Source of the DNA: Nitrosopumilus sp.
GTDB taxonomy: Archaea > Thermoproteota > Nitrososphaeria > Nitrososphaerales > Nitrosopumilaceae
Reading direction: 5' to 3'
Assembly (NCBI GenBank): GCA_965206745.1
Contig: OZ242220.1
Coordinates: 192,001-256,000 of the forward strand
Length of the DNA: 64,000 nt
Part shown: one piece after another, positions 31,505 through 41,387 of the stretch
How the letters are laid out: every line of letters starts with the position of its first letter
How positions within the stretch are numbered: position 1 is the first letter of the stretch
Position numbers and translations under genes: made by a program
Notes under the pieces: generated by a model
The model's input: only the letters and a program-made list of their open reading frames with translations
What the model was told of the DNA's origin: nothing
The model's database searches: none

Positions 31505-32761
31505 ATGAACAGAACTATCATTTTAGCAATATGTGCAGTACTGGTTGCATCCTCGATCATACTATACGGTTCAAGCCAAATTGCACAGTCAGGTACAGAT
31601 GGAATACCGTATGATGGAACACAGATAATCTCAGAATCTATAGCATCTGCAAACAACGAATTTGCAGTTGACTTTTACAAGCAAGTTCTAGATGAAGAGT
31701 CAAGCAAAAACATATTCTTCTCACCTGCCAGCATGTATGTTGCATTCTCGCTTTTGTACGAGGGTGCAAAGAATGAGACAGCAGAGCAGATACAGCAGGT
31801 GTTTGGATTCGAGCCCAATGTATCTGCACGTCACAACGCCACATCTCACGCACTGTCATCGCTGAATCGTGATGACCCTCATGCAACACTAAACATGGCA
31901 AGCGCACTGTGGATTGCAAACCATTTTGCACCATACGAATCCTATCTTGATGTTGCGCGCAGCACATACCTTGCAGGGGCACAGACAGTGGATTTTACAG
32001 ATGAGAATGACAGTGTAAAGAGGATAAATGATTGGGCCGCTGAGAAAACCAATGACAAGATTAAAGAGGTGATAACTAGAGAGGATGTAGACGAATACAC
32101 AGCAATGGTGATAAACAATGCAATCTATTTCAAGGGGACATGGCTGACACAGTTTCCAGAGGCGGATACAAGGGAATCAGAGTTTCATATAGATGCCACA
32201 AACAGCGTCAATGCAGATTTTATGAATGTGGATAGTCGATTTAACTACATCTATTCAGACGGTGCCCAGGTGCTTCAGATGCCGTACAAGGGTGACAGGC
32301 TATCCATGCTGGTAATTTTACCTGTTAATCCGGATATGAGACAGTTTGAAGAGTCTCTGTCTGCCCAGCAGATACAGAGATGGACAGATAACATGACAAT
32401 GCGTGATATATCTGTCTCAATGCCAAAATTTGAGACAAGGACAAACTATCTTTTGAATGATCACCTGACTGCAATGGGAATGCCTGATGTTTTTAGTGAA
32501 TTTATTGCGGATTTGTCAGGCATTGGAATCATTCCGCATGGGGACACACTGTATGTAGACAAGGCAACTCAAGATACGTATGTCAAGGTAAACGAGGAAG
32601 GAACAGAGGCAGCAGCTATTACCAGCATCAGCACATCTTACCGCGAAACGGGAACATATGTACATCCATTTATAGTTGATCATCCCTTCGTGTTTGTCAT
32701 CCAGGATGATGAGAGCGGCATGATCCTATTCATGGGACGAATCTCGAATCCTACATCCTAA
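31505..32761 (+). CDS. Serpin (serine protease inhibitor), copy 1
   Basis: NIFFSPAS, INDWAAEKTNDKI, NAIYFKGTW, hinge EEGTEAAA, DHPF.F..LFMGR..NP; N-terminal hydrophobic segment. Confidence 0.96.
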   Translation: MNRTIILAICAVLVASSIILYGSSQIAQSGTDGIPYDGTQIISESIASANNEFAVDFYKQVLDEESSKNIFFSPASMYVAFSLLYEGAKNETAEQIQQVFGFEPNVSARHNATSHALSSLNRDDPHATLNMASALWIANHFAPYESYLDVARSTYLAGAQTVDFTDENDSVKRINDWAAEKTNDKIKEVITREDVDEYTAMVINNAIYFKGTWLTQFPEADTRESEFHIDATNSVNADFMNVDSRFNYIYSDGAQVLQMPYKGDRLSMLVILPVNPDMRQFEESLSAQQIQRWTDNMTMRDISVSMPKFETRTNYLLNDHLTAMGMPDVFSEFIADLSGIGIIPHGDTLYVDKATQDTYVKVNEEGTEAAAITSISTSYRETGTYVHPFIVDHPFVFVIQDDESGMILFMGRISNPTS

Positions 32762-33460
32762 ATCGGCACTATTACCCATGAAAAACCAAACTGGAATCCT
32801 GGTTATGGAATTCATCCATATTTGATATATCGTTTTACTGTGCAGAAAAAGCCAGTTTTTAGGTAATGCCATACTATTTTTTTAGGTATTGTCAAGTCTT
32901 TGTGTGTTAGCTACCAAGTACGGAAGATCTGTATTTGGTGTTTTATGTTCCATGACTTGGGTAGTTCAAGGATTTGAATTGGAATAAGATCCGTATTTCA
33001 GCTTACACTCATAGCCATATGCTGAAAACACACGAACTTAACAGGTGAGTGAAAACACCACTAACAGTGCAACAAAGATTGATGCATCAATTACCGATAG
33101 CATTACTGACAGATGTCATGTTTGCAACAAACCACACCTGATGTTTAGTCTCCAATTTCACAGCATCAAAATGATTGCTTCGAATTATTTTAATATCTTA
33201 TATTTTACAAATTTGTATTGGCTGGAAATGCAATACTGGTACTAGCAGTGCTATTTGTTGGTATAATGACTATTCCGGCATATGCAGAATCCTCTCCACG
33301 GGAACAACTCAGAGACGGCATTCCAATAAACCAGATCCAGTGCGGTGAGGAAAAGACCCTCATACAGTCAGCTGCAGGCAAGCCTGCATGCGTCTTTGAT
33401 GCCACCTTGGAGAGACTCCTTGTGCGTGGATGGAGCATTATAGAAATCGAGCCGGCCCCT
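32702..33460 (+). repeat. Near-identical block repeated at 36498-37262 (serpin 3' end, spacer, MORN 5' end)
   Basis: 32702-33061 appears identical to 36498-36857; a 6-bp indel and a few substitutions follow. Confidence 0.9.
32963..33058 (-). repeat. Dispersed ~100-bp repeat (also at 36759-36854 minus and 58028-58125 plus)
   Basis: Reverse complement gtgttttcactc..gtgtgttttcagcat..ctgaaatacggatcttattccaattcaaa is roughly 80% identical by eye to 58028 onward. Confidence 0.75.
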
Positions 33461-34993
33461 GAACCTCAAGTGGTATTAGACACACCATCTGACCAACCGG
33501 CAGAAGAACATTCTCCTGAAGACGACATCATGTATCTACTAGCTCGTGGCTACATCACCACAAAGTATGCCCCAAAGCTGCCAGACCCTGATGCAGTCTG
33601 GTTTCCCATGCTCCTTGCAGATGCCGAAGTAGTACTGCAGCGTCTTTTGGATGCATACGATGACAGGATTGTATTCTATGATCAACCAAATGATTACTGC
33701 CATACTTTGGGCTCATGTCGTGTTCCCAACAGTACTGGCACCCTTCAACCCTCTTTAGAATTCCCTGGACGTTATTTCTATGCCACAGAAAAGGGTGGTG
33801 AGGTTGTATTAAAAAAGATTCATGCAAGCTTTGATATTGACGCACCATCAGTCATACTCAGGATAAAATACACCATACCCGAGCGTGTCCCATATGATCA
33901 ACGGGAAGAGTTTATCACCTCGTTTATGGACAGGGCTGGATTTTACAACTCCTACATAGGTAATCATCTAAGTGATAGGTTTGTTGTCTATGGAGGAATG
34001 CAGCCAGTGGACGTATATGATTCGATTGTCTTTTCAAGCAAGAAGGCCGGTACAGAGATAAGCTTCTCTGGCTGGACAAACAATTCAAAATTACTTGCCG
34101 CCTCATTTCTAAGTTTAGATGAATTGGCAAAACGTGCACACGAATTTGGAAAAAAACACATGCATCTGATTAAACCGGAATTTTGTGAATCATTTAGACC
34201 CAATCCTATAGTAGGCCGTGCATTTAATGGATTCATATCTGCCGGAACTTCATTTTCGAGTATATCCATAGGTCATTGTGATACAATTGATAACAATTCG
34301 CATCTGATGCTAGTAAATATAGAAGACCTGGAAGGCGAGATCGCCTTTTTTGACAAGCCATGGTTGTTAGTTGATGACTGGTATGAAAAAGTTGATACTC
34401 CAAAATATGCCCTGGCCCATTTACAATCAAAAATGCAGGAACAACCAGTAACAGCTAAACCAATACCGACTATAAAACCAATCACAGTCACATCAACAAA
34501 GGATCTCTTTGAATCCCACTACCATGAAAACGGAAATTTGTTAGATGAGAAATGGTACCATGAAAGCGGAAATCCAAAAACTCAAAAAAAATACAACCTG
34601 CTTGGAAATGGAAATTTGGAACGGGAGACCCATTACCATGATGGTGATAACGGATTTATAAAATCTGACAAAGAGTGGAATGATAACGGACAATTATCAA
34701 GTGAGGGAGAATGGCATGAAAATGGAAAAACAAAATTTCGACATACCTGGCATGAAAATGGACAGTTATCATATGAAATCATTTGGACATATGATGAAAA
34801 TTGGAAATCGCATTCTCTAAGCAAACTTTATTATGAAAATGGAAATTTAAACGTCGAATCAAAAAAGGTTGGATCACTGAATCATGATCAGATGATGACG
34901 AAATATTATGCACGTTACTATGAGGATGGAGAATTATATTATGATGAACACTATGACGATAATGGATGGGAATTGGATTATGATGAACACTGA
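33218..34993 (+). CDS. Exported variable-domain MORN-repeat protein, copy B
   Basis: Full-length paralogue of copy A. Confidence 0.88.
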   Translation: MAGNAILVLAVLFVGIMTIPAYAESSPREQLRDGIPINQIQCGEEKTLIQSAAGKPACVFDATLERLLVRGWSIIEIEPAPEPQVVLDTPSDQPAEEHSPEDDIMYLLARGYITTKYAPKLPDPDAVWFPMLLADAEVVLQRLLDAYDDRIVFYDQPNDYCHTLGSCRVPNSTGTLQPSLEFPGRYFYATEKGGEVVLKKIHASFDIDAPSVILRIKYTIPERVPYDQREEFITSFMDRAGFYNSYIGNHLSDRFVVYGGMQPVDVYDSIVFSSKKAGTEISFSGWTNNSKLLAASFLSLDELAKRAHEFGKKHMHLIKPEFCESFRPNPIVGRAFNGFISAGTSFSSISIGHCDTIDNNSHLMLVNIEDLEGEIAFFDKPWLLVDDWYEKVDTPKYALAHLQSKMQEQPVTAKPIPTIKPITVTSTKDLFESHYHENGNLLDEKWYHESGNPKTQKKYNLLGNGNLERETHYHDGDNGFIKSDKEWNDNGQLSSEGEWHENGKTKFRHTWHENGQLSYEIIWTYDENWKSHSLSKLYYENGNLNVESKKVGSLNHDQMMTKYYARYYEDGELYYDEHYDDNGWELDYDEH

Positions 34994-35297
34994 CGATAAT
35001 GGAAGAGAAATTTGGTAACTAGTGCATGTGAGGCATACATGTCTGCAAAGATTCTAAACGAGGACTAACTGATTATGGCGTGTATTTCCGTCACTAGGGA
35101 ATGGAATTAAGCACGTATTTCGTGTGCAAAATCATGATTTTATTCTCAGATGCGACACAAGATCTATCTGTGACAGGATTCAATCCTTCTGAATACATAG
35201 TAAATCTCTTATTGCATCAAATTACGAAAATTTCATTGAATAAGATTATTTTGTTATTAATGGAGATAACACCAAGTGCAGATAGAACAACGGTATA

Positions 35298-36557
35298 ATG
35301 AACAGAACTATCATTTTAGCAATATGTACAGTACTGGTTGCATCCTCGATCATACTGTACGGTTCAAGCCAAATTGCACAGACAGGTACGGTAGATGGAA
35401 TACCGTATGATGGAACACAGATAATCTCAGAATCCATATCCTCTGCAAACAATCAATTTGCAGTTGACTTTTACAAACAAGTTCTAGATGAAGAGTCAAG
35501 CAAAAACATATTCTACTCACCTGTCAGCTTGTATGTCGCATTCTCGCTTTTGTACGAGGGTGCCAAACAAGACACAGCACAGCAGATGGAGGATGTCTTT
35601 GGGTTTGAATCAGACGCATTTGCACGTCACGACTCCACAGCCCATGCACTATCCTCACTGAATCGTGATGACTCTCATGTAACACTAAACATGGCAAACG
35701 CACTGTGGATTGCAGATGATTTTGCCCCATACGAATCCTATCTTGATGTTGCGCGCAACACATACCTTGCAAGGGCACAGACAGTGGATTTTACAGATGA
35801 GAATGACAGTGTAAAGAGGATAAATGATTGGGCCGCTGAGAAAACCAATGACAAGATTAAAGAGGTGATAACTAGAGAGGATGTAGACGAATACACAGCA
35901 ATGGTGATAAACAATGCAATCTATTTCAAGGGGACATGGCTGACACAGTTTCCAGAGGAGGATACAAGGGAATCAGAGTTTCATATAGATGCCACAAACA
36001 GCGTCAATGCAGATTTTATGAATGTGGATAGTCGATTTAACTACATCTATTCAGACGGTGCCCAGGTGCTTCAGATGCCGTACAAGGGTGACAGGCTATC
36101 CATGCTGGTAATTTTACCTGTCGATCCTGATATGAGACAGTTTGAAGAGTCTCTGTCTGCCCAGCAGATACAGAGATGGACAGATGACATGCTGTTGCGT
36201 GATATGTCTGTCTCGATGCCAAAATTTGAGACAAGGACAAACTATCAATTAAACAATCACCTGATTGCAATGGGCATGTCTGATATTTTTCATAAAAATA
36301 TTACAGATTTGTCAGGCATTGGAATTGCTACATCTGAGGAAAATCTGTATGTGAGCAAGGCAACTCAAGATGCATATCTCAAGGTAAACGAGGAAGGAAC
36401 AGAGGCAGCAGCCATTAGTCCCCCCAGCACATCTTGGCGCGGAGGGGGAACATTTTTATCTCCATTCATCGTCGATCATCCCTTCTTGTTTGTCATACAG
36501 GATGATGAGAGCGGCATGATCCTATTCATGGGACGAATCTCGAATCCTACATCCTAA
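35298..36557 (+). CDS. Serpin, copy 2
   Basis: Same serpin motifs as copy 1; different reactive-centre loop. Confidence 0.96.
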   Translation: MNRTIILAICTVLVASSIILYGSSQIAQTGTVDGIPYDGTQIISESISSANNQFAVDFYKQVLDEESSKNIFYSPVSLYVAFSLLYEGAKQDTAQQMEDVFGFESDAFARHDSTAHALSSLNRDDSHVTLNMANALWIADDFAPYESYLDVARNTYLARAQTVDFTDENDSVKRINDWAAEKTNDKIKEVITREDVDEYTAMVINNAIYFKGTWLTQFPEEDTRESEFHIDATNSVNADFMNVDSRFNYIYSDGAQVLQMPYKGDRLSMLVILPVDPDMRQFEESLSAQQIQRWTDDMLLRDMSVSMPKFETRTNYQLNNHLIAMGMSDIFHKNITDLSGIGIATSEENLYVSKATQDAYLKVNEEGTEAAAISPPSTSWRGGGTFLSPFIVDHPFLFVIQDDESGMILFMGRISNPTS

Positions 36558-36758
36558 ATCGGCACTATTACCCATGAAAAACCAAACTGGAATCCTGGTT
36601 ATGGAATTCATCCATATTTGATATATCGTTTTACTGTGCAGAAAAAGCCAGTTTTTAGGTAATGCCATACTATTTTTTTAGGTATTGTCAAGTCTTTGTG
36701 TGTTAGCTACCAAGTACGGAAGATCTGTATTTGGTGTTTTATGTTCCATGACTTGGGT

Positions 36759-36854
36759 AGTTCAAGGATTTGAATTGGAATAAGATCCGTATTTCAGCTT
36801 ACACTCATAGCCATATGCTGAAAACACACGAACTTAACAGGTGAGTGAAAACAC
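36759..36854 (-). repeat. Dispersed ~100-bp repeat, duplicated copy
   Basis: Identical by eye to 32963-33058. Confidence 0.75.
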
Positions 36855-37019
36855 CACTATATTTAACAGTGCAACAAAGACTGATGCATCAATTACCGAT
36901 AGCATTACTGACAGATGTCGTGTTTGCAACAAACCACACCTGATGTTTAGTCTCCAATTTCACAGCATCAAAATGATTGCTTCGAATTATTTTAATATCT
37001 TATATTTTACAAATTTGTA

Positions 37020-38795
37020 TTGGCTGGAAATGCAATACTGGTACTAGCAGTGCTATTTGTTGGTATAATGACTATTCCGGCATATGCAGAATCCTCTCCA
37101 CGGGAGCAACTCAGAGACGGCATTCCGATAAACCAGATCCAGTGCGGTGAGGAAAAGACCCTCATACAGTCAGCTGCAGGCAAGCCTGCATGCGTCTTTG
37201 ATGCCACCTTGGAGAGACTCCTTGTGCGTGGATGGAGCATTATAGAAATCGAGTCGGCCCCTGAACCTCAAGTGGTATCAGGTACAGCACCTGACCAACC
37301 GGCAGAAGAACATTCTCCTGAAGATGACATCAAGTATTTACTAGCTGATGGTCACATCACCACAAAGTATGCACCAAAGCTGCCAGACCCTGATGCAGTC
37401 TGGTTTCCCATGTCCCTTGCAGATGCCGAAGTAGTACTGCAGCGTCTTTTAGATGTATACGATGACAAGATTGTATTCTATGAGGACCCAAATAATTATT
37501 GCCTTATTTCAGGCGTGTGTCGTGTTCCCAACAGTACCGGCATCCTTCAACCCTCTTTAGAGGGCATTGGCAATTATTTCTATGCCACAGAAAAGGGTGG
37601 TGATGTTATATTAGGAAAGAAACATGCCTCACATGCAGATTCTGACATTGATTCACCACATGCCATAAACGGAATAGAGTACACCGTACCCGAACGTGTC
37701 CCATATGATCAACGGGAAGAGTTTATCACCTCGTTTATGGACAAGGCTGGATTTTATAACTCCTACATAGGTGATCATCTAAGTGACAGATTTGTTGTCC
37801 GTGGAGGAATGAAAGTGGTAGACGTATATGATTCGACTGTCTATTCAAGCAAGAAGGCAGGCACAGAGATAATCTTCACTGGCTGGACAAATAATGCAGA
37901 ATCACTTTATGATTTGTTTCTAAGTGAGCCTGAACTGGAAAGACGTGCATACGAATTTGCAAGAAAACACATGCATCTGATTAAACCGGAACATTGTGAA
38001 ACATTTAGGGAAAAACCTCTATCAGGCCGTGCATTTTCAGGATTCACATATGCCGGAACTTCATTTGCGAGTATATCCATAGGTTATTGTGATGCAATGA
38101 ATAGTTCGCATCTGATGCTAGTAAATGTAGAAGACCTGGAAGGTGAGATCGCCTTTTTTAAACATGAATGGTTGCTAGTTGATGACTGGTATGAAAAAGT
38201 TGATACTCCAAAATATGCCCTGACCCATTTGCAATCAAAAATGCAGGAGCAACCGGGAGCAGCTAAACCAATACCGACTATAAAACCAATCACAGTCACA
38301 TCAACAGAGGACCTCTTTGAATCCCATTACCATGAAAACGGAAATTTGTTAGATGAGAAATGGTACCATGAAAACGGAAATCCAAAAACTCAAAAAAAAT
38401 ACAACCTGCTTGGAAATGGAAATTTGGAACGGGAAACCCATTACCATGATGATTATAACGGATTTATAAAATCTGACAAAGAGTGGCATGAAAATGGACA
38501 ATTATCAAGCGAGGGTGAATGGCATGAAAATGGAAAAACAAAATTTCGACGTACCTGGCATGATAATGGACAGTTATCATATGAAATCATTTGGACATAT
38601 GATGAAAATTGGAAATCACATTCTCTAAGCAAACTTTATTATGAAAATGGAAATTTAAGCGTTGAATCAAAAAAGGTTGGATCACTGAATCATGATCAGA
38701 TGATGACGAAATATTATGCACTTTACTATGAGAATGGAGAATTAGATTATGATGAACACTATGACGACAATGGAAAAAAAATTTGGCGCCATTGA
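37020..38795 (+). CDS. Exported variable-domain MORN-repeat protein, copy C
   Basis: Full-length paralogue of copies A and B. Confidence 0.88.
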   Translation: MAGNAILVLAVLFVGIMTIPAYAESSPREQLRDGIPINQIQCGEEKTLIQSAAGKPACVFDATLERLLVRGWSIIEIESAPEPQVVSGTAPDQPAEEHSPEDDIKYLLADGHITTKYAPKLPDPDAVWFPMSLADAEVVLQRLLDVYDDKIVFYEDPNNYCLISGVCRVPNSTGILQPSLEGIGNYFYATEKGGDVILGKKHASHADSDIDSPHAINGIEYTVPERVPYDQREEFITSFMDKAGFYNSYIGDHLSDRFVVRGGMKVVDVYDSTVYSSKKAGTEIIFTGWTNNAESLYDLFLSEPELERRAYEFARKHMHLIKPEHCETFREKPLSGRAFSGFTYAGTSFASISIGYCDAMNSSHLMLVNVEDLEGEIAFFKHEWLLVDDWYEKVDTPKYALTHLQSKMQEQPGAAKPIPTIKPITVTSTEDLFESHYHENGNLLDEKWYHENGNPKTQKKYNLLGNGNLERETHYHDDYNGFIKSDKEWHENGQLSSEGEWHENGKTKFRRTWHDNGQLSYEIIWTYDENWKSHSLSKLYYENGNLSVESKKVGSLNHDQMMTKYYALYYENGELDYDEHYDDNGKKIWRH

Positions 38796-38891
38796 AAAAA
38801 ATGGAAATTTAACCAGCAAATGAAACTTTCACTCATTTAAACAGCGCACTATATCTAAATAATTTTATACAGAAGCGTGATAATGACGGTA

Positions 38892-39476
38892 ATGTTTACC
38901 GGAATTGTTGAGGGAACTGGCAAGGTGGAAAAAATCTCCCAAAATACAAAAAGCAGGAGTGCCATCCAAATGACTGTAAATCTGGGCCGGCATGCAAAGG
39001 GGTTGAAGGTTGGCCAGAGCGTCGCACTAAACGGCGTCTGTCTTACGGCAACCAAGCTCTCTAAATCAAGCTGTATCTTTGAGATGATTGAAGAGACTGC
39101 CAAGAAGACTGATCTTGGGAATTTGAAAGTTGGCAGAACCGTAAACATTGAGCGCAGCCTAAAGGTAGGCGATCGACTTGAGGGACATTTTGTTTTAGGC
39201 CATGTGGATGGCGTTGCAACAATCAAAAAAATTCTAAAAAAACCCAAGGAGGTTCAAGTCTGGTTCCAGGTTCCCAAGGAACTCGCAAAGTTTGTAGTGA
39301 AAAAGGGCTCTATTGCAGTGGACGGAATCAGCTTGACTGTGGTCGGCGTGAAAAATTCTCTTGCATATGTCTCACTCATTCCACACACCGTCAAAGTGAC
39401 AAATTTTCATACCAAAAAAGTGGGCGATAAAGTTAATATTGAAACTGACATTCTCGGAAAATATATTCTAAGGTAA
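38892..39476 (+). CDS. ribE: Riboflavin synthase (bacterial-type alpha chain)
   Basis: MFTGIVE start; SVALNGVCLT; GHFVLGHVDG; KGSIAVDGISLT. Confidence 0.95.
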   Translation: MFTGIVEGTGKVEKISQNTKSRSAIQMTVNLGRHAKGLKVGQSVALNGVCLTATKLSKSSCIFEMIEETAKKTDLGNLKVGRTVNIERSLKVGDRLEGHFVLGHVDGVATIKKILKKPKEVQVWFQVPKELAKFVVKKGSIAVDGISLTVVGVKNSLAYVSLIPHTVKVTNFHTKKVGDKVNIETDILGKYILR

Positions 39477-39553
39477 AGCCAATTATCTACAATTTTAGTG
39501 GTAATTACCAATTTTTTAGTAAACTTTATAATTAGACTAGGAAATTTTTTTAT

Positions 39554-40219
39554 ATGTCACTTGATTCTGCATTAGAGTCCCTAAAACGTGGTGAATTTGT
39601 TCTGCTATTTGACTCTGCAGGGCGGGAAAATGAAGTTGACATGGTCGTGGCCGCAGAATTTGTAACTCCGGAACATGTGGCAAGAATGCGCCAGCATGCA
39701 GGCGGACTGTTGTGTGTCGCAATGGAGAACAGCTTTGCAAAATCCCTTGATCTCCAGTACATGCATGAGATCCTCTCTGAATCCTCAATCTCAAACAAGG
39801 AGATGATTATGGGACTGGCCCCTTATGGTGACTATCCGACTTTTTCGCTATCTGTAAACCACTATCAAACATACACTGGAATTACTGATAAAGACAGAGC
39901 ACTGACAATTAACGAAATCTCAAAAATCTTCAACATCGAAAACAGGCAGAAAAAGTTTGCCTCGACCTTCAAGACTCCCGGCCATGTCCCGTTGTTAATC
40001 GCATCCAAGGGCATGCTAGCCACCCGTCAGGGACATACGGAGATGTCTGTCTATTTGACACAGGTTGCAGGCTTGACTCCCATGACTGCAATATGTGAGA
40101 TGATGGATGCCGAAACCTATTCTGCACTGTCTGTGGAGAAGGCAGAGAAATTTGCAAAGCAAAATGGAATTCCACTGCTTGACGGAACAGAGCTTTTGGA
40201 ATACGCAAGGGTGCACTAG
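39554..40219 (+). CDS. ribB: 3,4-dihydroxy-2-butanone 4-phosphate synthase
   Basis: DSAGRENEVD, TGITDKDRA, PGHVPLL, RQGHTE, ICEM. Confidence 0.95.
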   Translation: MSLDSALESLKRGEFVLLFDSAGRENEVDMVVAAEFVTPEHVARMRQHAGGLLCVAMENSFAKSLDLQYMHEILSESSISNKEMIMGLAPYGDYPTFSLSVNHYQTYTGITDKDRALTINEISKIFNIENRQKKFASTFKTPGHVPLLIASKGMLATRQGHTEMSVYLTQVAGLTPMTAICEMMDAETYSALSVEKAEKFAKQNGIPLLDGTELLEYARVH

Positions 40220-40221
40220 TC

Positions 40222-40638
40222 TTGAATATTGCAATAGTGGTTTCAGAGTTCAATGAGGAAGTGACATCCAGGATGCTTGCCGTATCCAAGGAAAAGGCAG
40301 AACTGATGAAGCTAAGGATATCTTACGTCTGCATGGTTCCTGGGGCCTACGATATGCCCATAGTTGTGGATTCACTGCTACAGAGGGGGGATGTTGATGC
40401 TGTGGTCACTCTGGGTGCAATTATCAAGGGACAAACAAAGCATGACGAGGTCATCTCCCATGCTGCGGCTCAAGCCCTTACGAACCTGTCATTAAAGTAT
40501 CAGAAACCAGTCTCGTTAGGGATTTCCGGTCCTGGCATGCAGCAGCGACATGCATTTGCCCGAATTAGGCCAGTTGCAGAGCGTGCCGTGGAGGCTGTTG
40601 TAAAGATATCTGAGGAATTAAAGAGGATTCAAAAATGA
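40222..40638 (+). CDS. ribH: 6,7-dimethyl-8-ribityllumazine synthase
   Basis: VVSEFN, VPGAYDMP, LGAIIKGQTKHD. Confidence 0.95.
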   Translation: MNIAIVVSEFNEEVTSRMLAVSKEKAELMKLRISYVCMVPGAYDMPIVVDSLLQRGDVDAVVTLGAIIKGQTKHDEVISHAAAQALTNLSLKYQKPVSLGISGPGMQQRHAFARIRPVAERAVEAVVKISEELKRIQK

Positions 40639-41387
40639 TCCAGCTAAGCATCCTAAAAATAACGGAATACGGTCCCTGGACCCTCACTCTCGGAAGTGAT
40701 AGGGAGCACCAGCTCCAAATGCTTCAGGCCTCCCTATACAAGGAGGTGCAAAAACTATTTTCCGAAAAAAACTGCATAGTTTTTCCCAACAGATCCGATG
40801 AATTCTTTGCAGTTTCAAACGGATTGAGTCTGGAGGATCATGTTCAAATCCAAAAAACCCTTGAAAAGTCATTTGAGGTCAGGCTGACAATATCTGTAGG
40901 CTATGGAGATTCCCCGTTTGAGGCAAATCTAAAAGCACATGAGGGAAAGAAGAATCAAGTCGTGCTAGACGCAGAACACAATATCTTTGGTTTTGTTTAT
41001 GATGCGTCTGATTCCAAAGTCTCAATCATGCATTTGGATGTAGACGATCTTACCTCAAGGCGAAAGACTGACTCCCCCTATGAAATCTCATCTATAATAT
41101 TTGGGCTGCATTCAAGAATGTCCAAGTTCTTTTTGGAAAAAAACTCCCTCACGTTTTTTATGGGTGGTGACAACTTTATGGTGATATCAAACGACGAGGC
41201 AATAAAGTCCGTCCAGGGTTTCATCAATATTGTAAAGGATGAGGATAAAATTTTGTTGAATTGTGGAATCGGCAATGCAAAGTTGGGAAGAGAGGCAGCA
41301 AAGCTGGCCACAAAATCCCTTGACACCATACGCGAAATTCGAGATTCAGGCAAGGAAAAGCCTGAAGTTTATGAATTATCATGTTAA
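40635..41387 (+). CDS. gch3: GTP cyclohydrolase III (IIa)
   Basis: YGPWTLTLGSDREHQLQMLQA and FMGGDNF. Confidence 0.92.
   Translation: MIQLSILKITEYGPWTLTLGSDREHQLQMLQASLYKEVQKLFSEKNCIVFPNRSDEFFAVSNGLSLEDHVQIQKTLEKSFEVRLTISVGYGDSPFEANLKAHEGKKNQVVLDAEHNIFGFVYDASDSKVSIMHLDVDDLTSRRKTDSPYEISSIIFGLHSRMSKFFLEKNSLTFFMGGDNFMVISNDEAIKSVQGFINIVKDEDKILLNCGIGNAKLGREAAKLATKSLDTIREIRDSGKEKPEVYELSC

Noticed and set aside
33045-33245. 66/68-aa ORFs in the array spacer (also 36841..37047)
   Set aside because: They overlap the MORN promoter/start and the dispersed repeat; their conservation reflects the duplication
29459-38795. Diversity-generating retroelement
   Set aside because: No reverse transcriptase in the window, and differences between copies (e.g. 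in the serpin loop) involve all four bases rather than only adenines
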